A DNA stretch of 64,000 nucleotides from Octopus sinensis (lineage: Eukaryota), in contig NC_043008.1 in NCBI RefSeq assembly GCF_006345805.1, positions 8,432,001 through 8,496,000 on the forward strand, read 5' to 3'. The translations under genes were made by a program, and so were the position numbers. Within the stretch, counting starts at the first letter, position 1. Each line of letters starts with the position of its first letter. This document shows, one piece after another, positions 1-12,978 of the stretch. The notes under the pieces were generated by a model. It had not been told where the DNA came from, did not search any database, and saw only the letters and a program-made list of their open reading frames with translations.

Positions 1-300
1 TTTCCAAGATGGCCGATAAAATGTCGATATTATGTTGGAGACCCACAGCCAGCAGAACTGAGAAAAACATCACAGATGTGCTTGCAGCTGAGGTGAAATC
101 GCAACATCACTATCCGCGAGTTATCAGAGGATGTACAGTTTAGTTACGGTTAAGTTCAGTCCATTATCACTGAATATTTGGGTTTGCGACACAGGTCTGC
201 CAAGTTTGTGCCCAAACCATTTTCAGCTGACTAAAAAGACACTGGGGAACTTGCATAAGATCTCTTTGATTGCGTCGAGAACGATGGAAATGATTTGAAA
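1..300 (+). mobile_element. Mariner transposase remnant (HTH/linker region), pseudogenised
   Basis: Manual translation gives FQDGR..GRPTASRTEKNITDV..RNITIRELSEDVQFSYG*VQSIITEYLG..SAKFVPK, matching the mariner HTH2 and WVP-linker region, with stops and frameshifts. Confidence 0.8.
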
Positions 301-564
301 ACATTGCGTAGGCTTCTGAGCAGATATGACCAAGTTTTTGGCAAAATTCGATGCAGATTCGCTGCTCAAATTTCTCTGCCATACTCAATGCGACGACCAC
401 ACGCTACACACTTTCATTTCAAGCAGTGCTGTAAACACCAGAGTGAACTAGCACGTTGAAGCTTAGTTGGAAAACACAGCAATCTGTGCCAAGCGGCTTC
501 ACTATGCGGCCGTTAGCTTCATTACTATAGCAACAGTCCGGATACTTATTGATCAGACCACGTA
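301..564 (-). mobile_element. Mariner 5' end (TIR plus transposase N-terminus), inverted relative to 1-300
   Basis: The minus strand begins TA-cgtggtctgatcaataagtatccgg (mariner-type TIR) and encodes MAEKFEQRICIEFCQKLG..SEAYAM, a typical mariner N-terminus. Confidence 0.8.
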
Positions 565-1189
565 TGTATTTATGTAAGTATATATGTATGTATTCATGAA
601 TGCTTGCTTGCGCCGGAAGGTAGAAATACTCGGTTTGTGTCAGAGGGCACAAGGAATGAGAGAAACCTCATTTATGTCAAGGCATACTTGTACGAGGATG
701 CTATCTCGCATATAAAATTTGCAATTTAGTTGTTTGTGGTCTACTCAGTACTGCTAGTGAGAGCTGTTACGATCTCATACGTGCCGCACTCGATCTTAAA
801 CTTTGCACAGGCATTGCTAACGTTCCTGTCAGTGATGGTCATCGTTGGCTAACGAGTAGAAGCTCATCATATATATATATGTAAGTACATACATAAGTAT
901 GCATATGTATCATCATAGCCATCACGTGAAAGTGAATTAGACTTGGGTGCATGTGCGGTGCATTTGCTAACTGATTTGGGAGCATACACTAACTTTCTGA
1001 GTCTGCGTGTGTGTGTGTGTTCATTTAGTGTGTGGATTTAGTGGAGAGAGAAAGAGAGACAAACAGACAGAGTCAGTCAGACAGACAGAGTCAGTCAGAC
1101 AGACAGACAGAGAATTAGAGAGAGTGGAATGCGATTCCATCGACACAGGATGTTGTTTTTCAGTTATGTACAAATCCTCTCATATCTGA

Positions 1190-1590
1190 TTTTTGATGGA
1201 ATTCTTTACTGATACGACCTTCCATCCAGGCCTTATTCTTTCTGGCAGAATTTCATCTATAGCATATTGTAATGTCTGTTATTCTCGCGATACACAATTT
1301 CGTAAAAAAATATTTCCCATTTGGCATTTCCCTTCTGCTTTCATATCTACTAGTTATGTATTCCTTTGTTTGGTAAAATATTCTTTGTTGCTATCAGTGG
1401 TATTAGTCGAATATCTAAACTTACCAAACATATTTTTTATGAAACGTTTTCCATTCATGTTTTTATCTTCCCTTCTACTTGGCCCAAATATCAAATATCG
1501 CCTACCATAGTATACAGAGCTTTGTAGGAGTTTAAAATCATTCTTCCTATTCCGGAAGAGGGAAACATTACAGAGGATCACTCGCTAGCC
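1190..1590 (-). mobile_element. Possible highly decayed LINE RT fragment (R4/Dong-like)
   Basis: Purine-rich minus strand with weak motif resemblance only (EILPER vs ILPEEQKG). Confidence 0.25.
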
Positions 1591-1693
1591 CCGTCCTGTA
1601 TATTTTTAATATTTGTTTATCAAATAACGTATAGAATGCTTGAAATATGTTTATATATTCTCTTGGACTACAGATCTATAATATATTGATGAT

Positions 1694-2107
1694 GCGCAGG
1701 AGTGGCTAGGCGCAGGAGTGGCTGTGTGGTAAGTAGATTGCTTACCAGCCACATGGTTCCGGGTTCAGTCCCACTGCGTGGCATCTTGGGCGAGTGTCTT
1801 CTACTATAGCCTCGGGCCAACCAAAGCCTTGTGAGTTGATTTGGTTGACGGAAACTGAAAGAAGCCCGTCGTATATATGTATATATATATGTGTGTGTGT
1901 ATGTCTGTGTGTCTGTGTTTGTCCCCCTAGCATTGTTTGACAACTGATGCTGGTGTGTTTACGTCCCCGTCACCAAGTGGTTGGGCAAAAGAGACCGATT
2001 GAATAAGTGTACTAGGCTTACAAAGAATAAGTCCTGGGGTCGAGTTGCTCGACTAAAGGCGGTGCTCCAGCATGGCCGCAGTCAAATGGCTGAAACAAGT
2101 AAAAGAG
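1694..2107 (+). mobile_element. tRNA-headed SINE, family A (full length, octopus-type)
   Basis: A/B-box-like head (TGGCTGTGTGG..GGTTCAGTCC), internal (TA/TG)n, and 3' tail ggcggtgctccagcatggccgcagtcaaatggctgaaacaagtaaaagag. At least 8 other copies occur in the window. Confidence 0.9.
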
Positions 2108-2495
2108 TATAATATATGATATTTTCATCTCCACATGAGTAAGCAGCATTAACTCACTTTGGATATCAGCAATTCACTTTCAGTTGGATAATATTTCACG
2201 TATGAATACTAACGTTCTATACTAATGAACATTCAGAATGTAATAGAACTATATCGTCTGCTAGCTGAAAATATTGCCATGAGTATAATACAGCACTCAA
2301 TGCGAGCTGAAAACATGTATAGCAATTTATATGACAATAATTTGATGTTTCGTTCGGTAAGTACTCTCAGCTCTTGGCCTACTTGAAAAAAATACGAGAT
2401 GTACGGAAGATCATGTACTAAAGATATCGTCTGCGTTCCTCGCATATATATATATAAATATATACACTCACACACATACACAAGTATAAATATGT

Positions 2496-2558
<63 letters not shown>

Positions 2559-3604
2559 TATGAATATGTGTAAGCATAATACACACACATATACACACAG
2601 GTATTATGAACATTTTCTGATTTGGAAATATTAGTGAACATATATCCTCCATTTTAACAGATTGATATTTATTTTATCACTTTTACATTTTGCAGAAACC
2701 CAGATAAAGACGCTTAGTGCTCGTTAATGTCACTAGTCATATTACAATGACAGCTTGGAGGAGTTGAGATAGAAGGTGTGTAGTTTAATAAATTCTCTAA
2801 ACTAGAAATCTAAAAATATATCCTTGGCAAAATAATTTAACACTATTTTTTTATATTCTATCGGGATTCTTTGAAGTTGTGCACTTTTTCGTAGGAGATT
2901 TCTAGCGATAATGAATTATCATTTTAATTAACGACTGTCGAATAAAAGTTCATATGTTGTTTACCCTGTAGTATTAACAAATTTCCAGGTCTTTGCATTT
3001 TGAACGTTTCACTATTTCTTTTACTGGTATTGATACATCAAATAGAAAGCATTTTTTCTCTCTAGAATAAGTAATACGATTGATTGTGTTCTCCTAGTTC
3101 TTATTTAAACTGCACTAATTTTATATTATTTGCTTCATTATATAATGTTGGTAGTTTCCGGTGTGGAAAGCCCACGTCATTGTGCTATAACAAAACAATC
3201 CTTCAGTCTAAACATTGCGCTTTATGCTTCTTACACGATGTATGACGCTTTCATTATTTACTATTCCACCGATCAGTCTTGACGAGAATAGGGAACGTAG
3301 GGATTTTTAAAAATCTTTTTTCTCTCCTTTTATTACGTGCTGTATTTTCATTTTCAGGTTACTTTTCGGGTTACTTTTCCATTCCCTTTACAGCATCCTA
3401 TAATCCATTTGCCTCTTGCTTCTAGTTGTTGGATTCTTTCGAGAAAGGAAACCAGCTGGTTGGTCTGGAATGGAACTGTAAATTGTTTGTAGTTATTTGT
3501 GTTAGTTTAGCTTAATTATTTATAACCTAATTTTTGCATTGTTGCGTTCAATATTCAACAAAAAAGTTCTAGTTTCAGAATGAGTACTCTTCGTTGCATT
3601 CGAT

Positions 3605-3701
3605 GTATATGTATGTACGTATGTATGTATGTATGTATGTATGTATGTATGTATGTATGTATGTATGTATGTATGTTTGTATGTATGTATATATATATAT
3701 G

Positions 3702-3751
<50 letters not shown>

Positions 3752-3860
3752 TGCCATATATATGTGTGTGTATGTATATGTATATATGTATGCCATATAT
3801 ATGTGTGTATGTGTATGTATATGTATATATGTATGTATTAATGTGTGTGAATTTGTGTGC
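3605..3860. repeat. Compound (TATG)n/(TA)n microsatellite
   Basis: Directly visible. Confidence 0.95.
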
Positions 3861-3899
3861 GCGTGCTAGTATGTGTGTGTCTGTATGCTGGATATCGTT

Positions 3900-5100
3900 T
3901 GAGGCTTATGCACGATGTAATTATTCCCCCTTGTTTTCCTGACTACTTTCCATAATTCATTTAGCTCTACTTCAAATTACTCTAATTATAATTCATTACT
4001 AGAAGAGTTACAGACATTTTTCCATTATCGCATTCCTGCATTTAGCTGTGTCTGTTTCATCGTTTGTAATAATCCTACCTATACATATTATTTCATTTGT
4101 GTGTTTTCTACACTGTCTGGTTCATTAATTCCTAAGTATTTTGCAAGTTTCGTCTTGATCTAATTGTCTTATTTCTCTGCGTTTGCGTAGCATGATAGCG
4201 ATGTTATTTATAAGTTTAAATCTCTTGAAACTGGCTTGGTGCATGTTCCTAAACTGAATTTCTTACGTTGAATATTTGAATTTTCTGTCGCAAGGTTCAT
4301 ATGTGTTTATCATCAGACGCATACAACCCCAGGTTATCGATATACAAAGGGTGGTTGATACTCTTCCATAGAATTTTAATCATAACACAGTTTATTTCTG
4401 TTATGTTTCGGAATAAAGCTCTGATAGCCAGAGTATAGAGACAAGAAATGATCCTGGTATATGCCTCCCACAAAGGGGAAGGGTTCGGGCTCATAATCCG
4501 CATTTGATTTTCATTGCTCAATATTTTTTGGCATATTCCCAAATTCTTTGATGTTCTCTTATAATGGTGGTGCTACCACTATTACAACTACAGTCTGGTA
4601 TAACGTGAAAAACTTTCTTGTAATCAAATAAGGCAATATTGACCACTTGTAATCTTTGTACATACTAAGATTACGTCTTGGTCGATCAATATCTGACGTT
4701 GCAGTCATACGGATGTGCTCATCTAAAAAGGATTTTTTTTTCATTTCGATTAATACTCATTCTCTACGATATTATTACAAGTAAAACTCTGGAAGCCTTA
4801 CAAATGGAAATTACTTCCCGGTAGATACGACACTGTGGTTTCTTTATTCTTCGTTGATAACATTCTTTTTTTCCTTCGATAAGCTTTTGGCATCTTGTTT
4901 CAGACTCTTAGACCGCTGACGATTCTCCAGAATAATCTCTGTGTCTGGATGATCTTTGAAAGACTGACCCAGACTTTAAGAAACACCAGTGTCTTCAACC
5001 TGGTCTCTTCCTTCAAGCGTCTAATTTAATGTTCCTATTGGAAAAGACTTTCACAATTAAGACTGCCTCGTATAATTGATTTTATCCTGGAGATAAATTC
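3900..5100 (-). mobile_element. R4/Dong-clade LINE reverse transcriptase remnant
   Basis: Minus-strand decayed motifs RRNLSMYKDYK (cf. NLSMAWIDY), GIYQ, INHPLYIDNLGLYA (cf. ISHLLYMDDLKLYA) and KYLGINE. Confidence 0.75.
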
Positions 5101-6074
5101 ACGTGTTTTTGTTAGAATCGAAAATGGTTAGTTTATTTTAATTCTATACTAGTATTCTTGATAAAACCTTGGGAAGCATTTTTATTTGTTCCGTCCGTCG
5201 AGTTTTAAGTCATATTTTCTATCTATTTTCTCCTTAATGTTATTGTCATACTCATAATCTTTTTTTTGGAGACTCGATTCTTGAATTCTTCCATATACGT
5301 CCTTTTATACATTTTTCCTTTGTGCAATTTCAGCATGACCATTTTTAACCATTATTCTATAGATCTACTCGAGATTGCTTTGGTGCTCTTACCATTAATG
5401 ATGTTTGTTTTGCAATGTGCCTCGTACATCTCCTTGGTTTATATTCGCAACAATTTTATTCTTGTCACTTGCATTTTTATTCGCTATATTATATTTTCTT
5501 TTTCTTTGAGTTTTATACTTGTATTTATTCATTTATTTGTTTTGCTTTATTGCGATTTGTATTTTCGTTCCGTATTCTTTCGCCGAAATATTCTATTTCC
5601 ATACATTTTCGGTTTCAGAATATGATTTCTCAAAGTAGCTAAACAGTTTAGATCTAAAGACGCATTTAGATTAGGTTTTCCTTTTTCTATGCTATTTTAT
5701 CAGTACATTCTCAAAGTGTATAGTTGTAAATTATGCCTTAGTAAAGACACATTCCTCTCATATCATTTTATCTTTTCTTTTATTTTATTTGCGGTTATTT
5801 AGACATATGCTTTAAAAAATATTCATATCGAAATGAACTTAGGCAGTAGAGTGACAGAATTTGTAAAACACTGAAAAGTTACTTCCATATATTCTCCCAT
5901 GAATTCCCATCCACCCGACGTCAACACTACCTGTCACTTCCACTGGCACAATAATATTACGTACCAGTTGGAATGTGGTGAGAAGTAGCGATTAAAATGT
6001 TGCTCTCAAAATTGCTGGACTTGTGACTAAATCACCAGACTTCATACTTCTTTAAGTTTACGTTTACGGCTCTA

Positions 6075-6269
6075 TATTTTAGAGATGGGGAATTATTTAC
6101 AGTATTTACGTTATTTACATTTCACAGATATTTGTCCTCAACTTGTTTGTTAACGCGTTTCGGATGATATACTCTCCAGCCTTCATCAGGTGTCTTGGGG
6201 AAATTTCGAACCTGGGTTCTCGTTCCTAAGGTATTTTTCGATGGTGATGTTGTTGTGTTGTTGTTGTTA

Positions 6270-6306
<37 letters not shown>

Positions 6307-6320
6307 TATTATTATTATTA

Positions 6321-6359
<39 letters not shown>

Positions 6360-6370
6360 CATCATCACTA

Positions 6371-6451
<81 letters not shown>

Positions 6452-6534
6452 TCACTGCTTGGAATCGAACTCGGAATCTTGGAATTAATTGCCTGCGCCC
6501 TTAACCATGCATACGCCATACATATGCCCGTGGG
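6075..6534 (-). mobile_element. SINE-like element: tRNA-type head + (AAT)n + hammerhead-bearing PLE-like tail
   Basis: Minus strand: A-box-like TGGCGTATGCATGG, B-box GAGTTCGATTCC (6472-6461), (AAT)n at 6447-6250, then gacac-CTGATGA-AGGC..CC-GAAAC. Confidence 0.7.
6145..6194 (-). ncRNA. Minimal type I hammerhead ribozyme motif, partly decayed
   Basis: CTGATGA at 6189-6183, GAAAC at 6161-6157, palindromic ACGCGT stem III. Stems I and II are damaged in this copy. Confidence 0.6.
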
Positions 6535-6632
6535 TATATGATGAGGGTTGGAAGGTATATCAGCCGAAACGTTGTGTTAACAACAAACAAGATGAGGGCA
6601 AAAATACGTGAAATTTAAATAATGTAAGTAAT
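6535..6632 (+). mobile_element. Inverted copy of the HHR tail abutting the SINE head
   Basis: tgatga-GGGTTG..CAGCC-GAAAC-GTT-GTGTT-aacaacaaacaagatgagg is homologous to the reverse complement of ~6100-6190. Confidence 0.8.
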
Positions 6633-6696
6633 GTTTTGTGTTTTCGTTTTCTTTTTCTTTCTCTTTTCCTTTCTTAATCAACATCTATTTTTTAGT

Positions 6697-7002
6697 TTAC
6701 TCTTTTACTCTCTTTTACTTGTTTCAGTCATTTGACTGCGGCCATGCTGGAGCACCGCCTTTAGTCGAGCAACTCGACCCCGGGACTTATTCTTTATAAG
6801 CCCAGTACTTATTTTATCGGTCTCTTTTGCCGAACCGCTAAGTGACGGGGACGTAAACACACCAGCATCGGTTGTCAAGCAATGCTAGGGGGACAAACAC
6901 AGACACACAAACATATACACACACATATATATATATACATATATACGACAGGCTTCTTTCAGTTTCCGTCTACCAAATCCACTCACAAGGCATTGGTCGG
7001 CC
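6697..7002 (-). mobile_element. SINE family A, 5'-truncated
   Basis: Matches the body and tail of 1694-2107. Confidence 0.9.
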
Positions 7003-8290
7003 TATCTTTATCATAATTATTAAAATTATCACATACTACATTGGCAAGGACTTCTTCTTGGGGAAAAGTAACAAAATGCCTCCTCATATCTCGAGGTTTT
7101 GGCAATTTTCTGCAGGTCGACAATGTGAGTCACCGTTACATTATTCTTCAGTCTCTTTGATAATATTATGAGTTTTATGCCAAATGCGTTAATTATCACA
7201 AGAAGAATTGTCATCTTAGTCTTCCACATTCTCTTCAGTTCATGGCAAGATCTTCATCTTTCTCAAGTTTTCAATTTCATTGGTATTTATTCTGTCATCA
7301 ATTGTTTATAGTGAAGTGTATGATCTTACACTTTCTTGTCCTCTGTAATCATATCTAATCTTCTCACTTGAATAGAATCGTCTGTATTGATGAGAAAGTT
7401 CTATAAATACATATAATTCCTATCTTCTTAACATGTTTCTGCTAGTCTGAATCCATACACACACGGTTTACATTCCAATGCACTCGTTTACTTTTACATT
7501 AAAGTCTGAGTTTAAGCTCTTTTTGTGCTAGCTTACTGATATCGCTCAAATGTTGGTTTACCTCCCCAGAAAGCTATACAATTCCTTTTCTACAGCACCG
7601 TTTAATAATATTCTGAATAATGGAAGCACTCCGTCGGTTACGACGACGAGGGTTCCGGTTAATCCGAATCAACGGAACAGCCTGCTCGTGAAATTAACGT
7701 GTAAGTGGCTGAGCACTCCAGAGACACGTGCACCCATAACGTAGTTCTCGGGGATTTTCAGCGTGACACAGAGAGTGATAAGGCAGGTACAACAGAAACA
7801 GGAAGTAAGAGTGAGAGAAAGTTGTGGTGAAAGAGTACAGCAGGGATCACCACCATCCCCTGCCGGAGCATCGTGGTGCTTTTAGGTGTTTTCGCTCAAT
7901 AAACACTCACAACGCCCGGTCTGGGAATCGAAACCGCGATCCTATTACCGCGAGTCCGCTGCCCTAACCACTGGGCCATTGCGCCTCCATTCTGAATAAT
8001 GGTAAGCATATAACGGGTTGAAAATTACTGATTTTCTCTCTCATTTTTGTCCATTAACATCCGCACTGTCTTTCCTCTTATTATCGATGTTGGAGTTCCT
8101 TTTTGTTTACAATGAGTAAAAAACGATTCGTCATGATTGAGATATTTTTCAACTAGAATCTGTTCTGGTGCCATTTCTGAATCATCTCACACTTTCTTAT
8201 CGGTAATAATTATAGTTTCTTGTCTCACTCCTTCTTCCATTTTTCTTTTACTTTTCCATAAAGAAAGCGCCGTTTCAAATTAAACTTCTT
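7003..8290 (-). mobile_element. R4/Dong-clade LINE C-terminus (Zn-knuckle + restriction-like endonuclease) remnant, interrupted by a SINE
   Basis: Decayed KLAQKELKLR (cf. KLAQKEYKRRHD), QVRRLDMI (cf. RRPD), KCKII, ELKRMWKTKMTILLVIINAFG. Confidence 0.8.
7621..7988 (-). mobile_element. tRNA-derived SINE family B (OR-type), full length with 11-bp TSD
   Basis: Head ggaggcgcaatggcccagtggttagggcagcggactcgcgg..gtttcgattcc. TSD attctgaataa at 7610-7620 and 7989-7999. Confidence 0.92.
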
Positions 8291-9226
8291 AGGGGAGGTG
8301 GATGAAGTCTAAGAACGACTGTGTTGAAGGATTGATAAATTGTAGTCAATTGTATGTGTTTGTTTGTGATCGTGAATCATTGCTAGGCAGTGTACAGGGG
8401 AATATTTTGGACTGCAATAAGCGTACAGTATAATTTGACATGGTATATTACCCTGGCTTCAAAGTTTATCGTGAAATGCTAAAATTTTATTGTAATAAAT
8501 GTACGAACAAACACTTCATAAATATAACGAGAATATATCATGGTGCGACGTTAAGCGATTTGCTCAATGAATTAAAGCAATTGAATCTTAGAGCGATAAT
8601 CAATTTTTTAATTATATAATTGAAAGCAAATAGCTCATTAAAATATATTCATAAATATTATAAATGCTTCCTTGGTCAAGCATTGACTTCTCTATATGTA
8701 CATATTTGTTTTTTATTTATGTACACCTTCAACTATATTTATTTTTATGTGTAATTTCATTTCAGTCACTTTATATGTTTTGCTATAACATTCTAGTTTC
8801 GAAGTTGATTTATTCTGCTTTACCGAGAATATAGGTTACAACATTTTGATAAAGAGTTATTAGCTACAGTTGTAATAAAGAATTATTACCTACAATTACG
8901 AATTATTTATATCTATTGTTATTTATAAATTTCAAATATAATTTCTTAATTCATATTTAAATTCCTGTTGTTTCAATCATTAGACTGCAACCATGCCAGG
9001 GTACTTCCCATGTGCAGGGGGTAACTATTGAAAATGCTTTTATCTCCCCCACCTTCGAAATTACTCTTAACCGTCGCTTGGACTTTGTACGTTTTAGCAT
9101 GTAAGGTGTCCTTTTAGAGTCGCCTCCTTTGTGTGTAAATGTACATTAATTATATATGAATAATATGTCTTCTATTGACTATTTTATGCACGCTAGCCAC
9201 TGGTACAAACTTTCTTTGATTTTCTC

Positions 9227-9230
<4 letters not shown>

Positions 9231-9310
<80 letters not shown>

Positions 9311-9325
9311 TGTGTGTATGTATGT

Positions 9326-9372
<47 letters not shown>

Positions 9373-9450
9373 TGTGTGTATATATATATATATATGTTTG
9401 TGTGTGTATGTATGTATATATATATATATATATGCACATACACACACACA
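9231..9450. repeat. (TA)n/(TG)n microsatellite
   Basis: Directly visible. Confidence 0.95.
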
Positions 9451-9610
9451 TGCGGTGAGCTTATTTCAGTTGCCGTTCACCAAATCCATTTACAAGACTG
9501 TAGTCGGGCCAATTCTATGGTACAAGACAGTTTCCGAAGTTGCCTTACAGTGAGACTAAACTCGGGATCATGTGGTTGAAAGCAAGCTTTCACACACCAA
9601 CGCTAGCGCT
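9451..9610 (-). mobile_element. SINE family A, decayed 5' half
   Basis: Degenerate match to the family A head and body. Confidence 0.7.
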
Positions 9611-11699
9611 TAAATTTAAATTCTTAAATTCTTATGTTAAACTCCAGTGTCATAAAAATTTGCGGTAGATATTTACACTGCAACAAAACATAAACTTATT
9701 CAGTTTTACAACGTACCGAATGATCTCAGAGAGTTTGTGTGACTGTCTTCCAGTTTTTTAATTACCCCTTCATGGCAATGAAGCTTCTATGAAAACAATT
9801 TTCTTGATATCTTTGCTAGAGTCGTGTATCCACGGGTAGGTATCAGATACATGCGCACACATATGTGCACGATCCTGTTGACACACACAGGAGCCTATGC
9901 GCATACGCACGTGTGTCTACAAGCGTGCATGCGTTTGTGCGTGCATATACATATGTTTGTACGTAGGGGAAGATGAACAAACAAAATAAACTGACACTCA
10001 GCATATTTTTGTGGCTTTATAAATATTTGATAAGGCTTTGCCTAAACTCCATAATTCCTAAACCTTCTACAGCGCAACTGAATGACTCCAGCTGCTGATG
10101 TACAGCATCAGTGTCTGAGTTCGTTCCTCATGAAATGTAGACGCTATCTGCATTAAAGGAAGTTTGAGAAATGCGAATCTAAGCATTGGTTGTGATTACA
10201 GTTTTGTTTATTTCATTATATGTGCATGCGTGTATGTGTGAGAATATTCATATACACATCCACGATCACATACGCATAAACATCTACAATGAATATATGT
10301 ATGTGAGATTATGAATGTGCGTGTGGAGGTGCGCGCGCATATGTATATTTGTTTGTGTGTTTGTGAGGGAAGTAATACATAAGTCTATGTTAGACGAGAG
10401 CTCAGTGTTGCTACGTAGGCGTTGAAAGATAAAACATATCTATTCATCTTTTATAGATTATAAAATCAAATGACACCAGAATACAATGTTCAATTCAGTG
10501 TTTGCTTTGATATGTAACAGGTTTTCCATGCCTTTAGTGTCGATCGAACATTTTAATAGCTTGATAATTTTTTCCCCTTTTATTATATTTACAGGGACCT
10601 GCTTCCATGACAGTTAATGGAAATTAATCTAAGAATTTCCGTGATTTCACTCACTAGCTGTAACAAAAAAATATACGTTTTATTTGGATAAATTGAGAAA
10701 ACGCACCCAGTGCGGAATAGAGCCGCGTCTATTAACTTAAGCTAAACAAAGAAAAAAATTGCTGTATTATACTAAATCATGAAACAATATCGACAATATC
10801 TGCTAACGCTTATTAGCATAACTTTCAAATTCTATTCTGTGATTGATGTGAATATCTTCTCTTAAAAAGTAAAACGAAAGCATATAAAAATGTTGTTTGT
10901 ACGAACTCGCGCATATACGTCCACATGCACTTATGTTTAAAGCAAACCTCTTTTATTATAATACAAACGGCTAATTTTTAGGACACTCAGTGAAGCATCT
11001 AATCGATTACTAAATTACATGGGTTGCCTATGATATAGGAAATATAGAAATTGCAAATGAAATACTTAAGTGATTTACATCTTTATTTTCTTTCTTTTCT
11101 CTTCATTTAAATATGACAGTGTTGTAAAGATTATTTTATATTAGCTTTAGTAAGACACTTGTGATGAGAGAATGGAGATTACTTCCATCACACTTCATCC
11201 TGTCTAAAGCTCACTCAGCTAATAGTTAATGCTTGTCACGTAGAGTTGAGGCCTTTATTGATAAATGTAATTTACATTTCGGAATATTTTTTATGTGATC
11301 AATTCTTCGTTTATTTATGTAATTATTTATTTGATGCTATTTTAATGGCTGATTTTTTTTATCTGTCTCATTCAGATTATTAATGCTTGCACTTCACAAA
11401 TCATGAATGCAAGAAATTCTTGTCAGTATTGAGATATTTGTGAAAATGTGCAAAATGTCTGCTTTTTGGAACTCATTTAAGAAGGATTATAAAATTTGTA
11501 TGAAGGAAAAATAAAATTAAATTATTTCGGAAATATGTTTGTCTTTTGTAGTTTGTTAATCGAATCTTTAACCTAAGCTCGTTTCTACGTTCGTCGTTGT
11601 GTGGAAATAACAACCTTTCTAATGACTTTTTTCCGTATGTACACACACACTCACACACACTTGCACATAGGCGGCTGTTTGTATGTTTGTATCTTTGTA

Positions 11700-11883
11700 T
11701 GTGGCTATATTTTTATACAACAGGACAAACACAAATTAATGTAGTAGTAGTAGTAGTAGTATTGGTGTTGGTGGTGGTGGTGGTGTTAGTAGTAATAGTC
11801 GATGTATGTGACTATATTTTTATACAACAGGACAAACACAAATTAATTTAATAGTAGTAGCATTAGTAGTTGTGGTGGTCGTG

Positions 11884-11965
<82 letters not shown>

Positions 11966-11980
11966 AAGTAGTAGTAGTTT
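11700..11980. repeat. ~107-bp tandem duplication followed by (TAG)n
   Basis: ctatatttttatacaacaggacaaacacaaattaat occurs at ~11705 and ~11812, each followed by (TAG)/(TGG) repeats. Confidence 0.9.
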
Positions 11981-12631
11981 AGTAGTGGTAGTCAATGTCG
12001 TTTTGTTCGTAGTTTACGACGAAGCGTGTGTGTAAATAAAAGACAGTCGTTGAAGCGGGAGACTGCTTATAAATCTCTGGCGTCATACGTGCTATAAAAG
12101 GATTCCTACAGCAACTTGATTCACGTTTCTTGCATATTCTTGCATCAGTCGCAGCCCATGTTGAACTTTCACTCTTTCGTAAGTATTCCTCTATTAAACA
12201 GCTTCCAGGGTAAAATACACATTGTTGTTTTATGTATTTTTATTGAATCTCATTTAATATGTGCTTTTTACTTTAAATATATCGAGATTCATCTTAGTTA
12301 AATTTCTTCTTCCCAGTAATTTACCTCTGTCCAGGTTTACCGCATTCGCGCGTTGAATTTTATCTTGGTTTTAAACACCACACTTTCAATGGAAACAAAT
12401 TATATCCCCGACGTTGGGTTAATTATGTCTGCTTAATCTAACACCAGTTGAAACAGGATCTAAGGCAAATATATGAAATTTATTATTTTAATTTAGATCG
12501 GCATAGCGAGGTTTTTTGTGATACTTGTAACCTCTCTTTATAACTTATGTTATTCGAATTCAAACGAATGCTAAAATATAGCTTCGAACTAAATCACATT
12601 GTAACCCTTAACCTTCACTTGCCTCGTATAA

Positions 12632-12670
<39 letters not shown>

Positions 12671-12697
12671 ACACGTAAATATATATATATATATTTG

Positions 12698-12771
<74 letters not shown>

Positions 12772-12978
12772 TGGTTTGTGTGTGTGTATGTATGTATATC
12801 AAAAAATAAATATACGATAAAACATATACCGATCATTAAGTAATTATGTATTGTGAAAGTTGATTTAGTATTACTAATTGAATTGTTGCCTGTAAGTTTG
12901 GAATAATATTCCCTAATATGATTATTATTATTATTATTGTTATTATTATTATTATTATTATATATGTGTGTGTGTGTT

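Noticed and set aside
7895-7988. tRNA-like sequences (also at 18201, 30569, 41968 and 6450-6530)
   Set aside because: They are SINE heads: there is no proper acceptor stem and they continue into repeat bodies.
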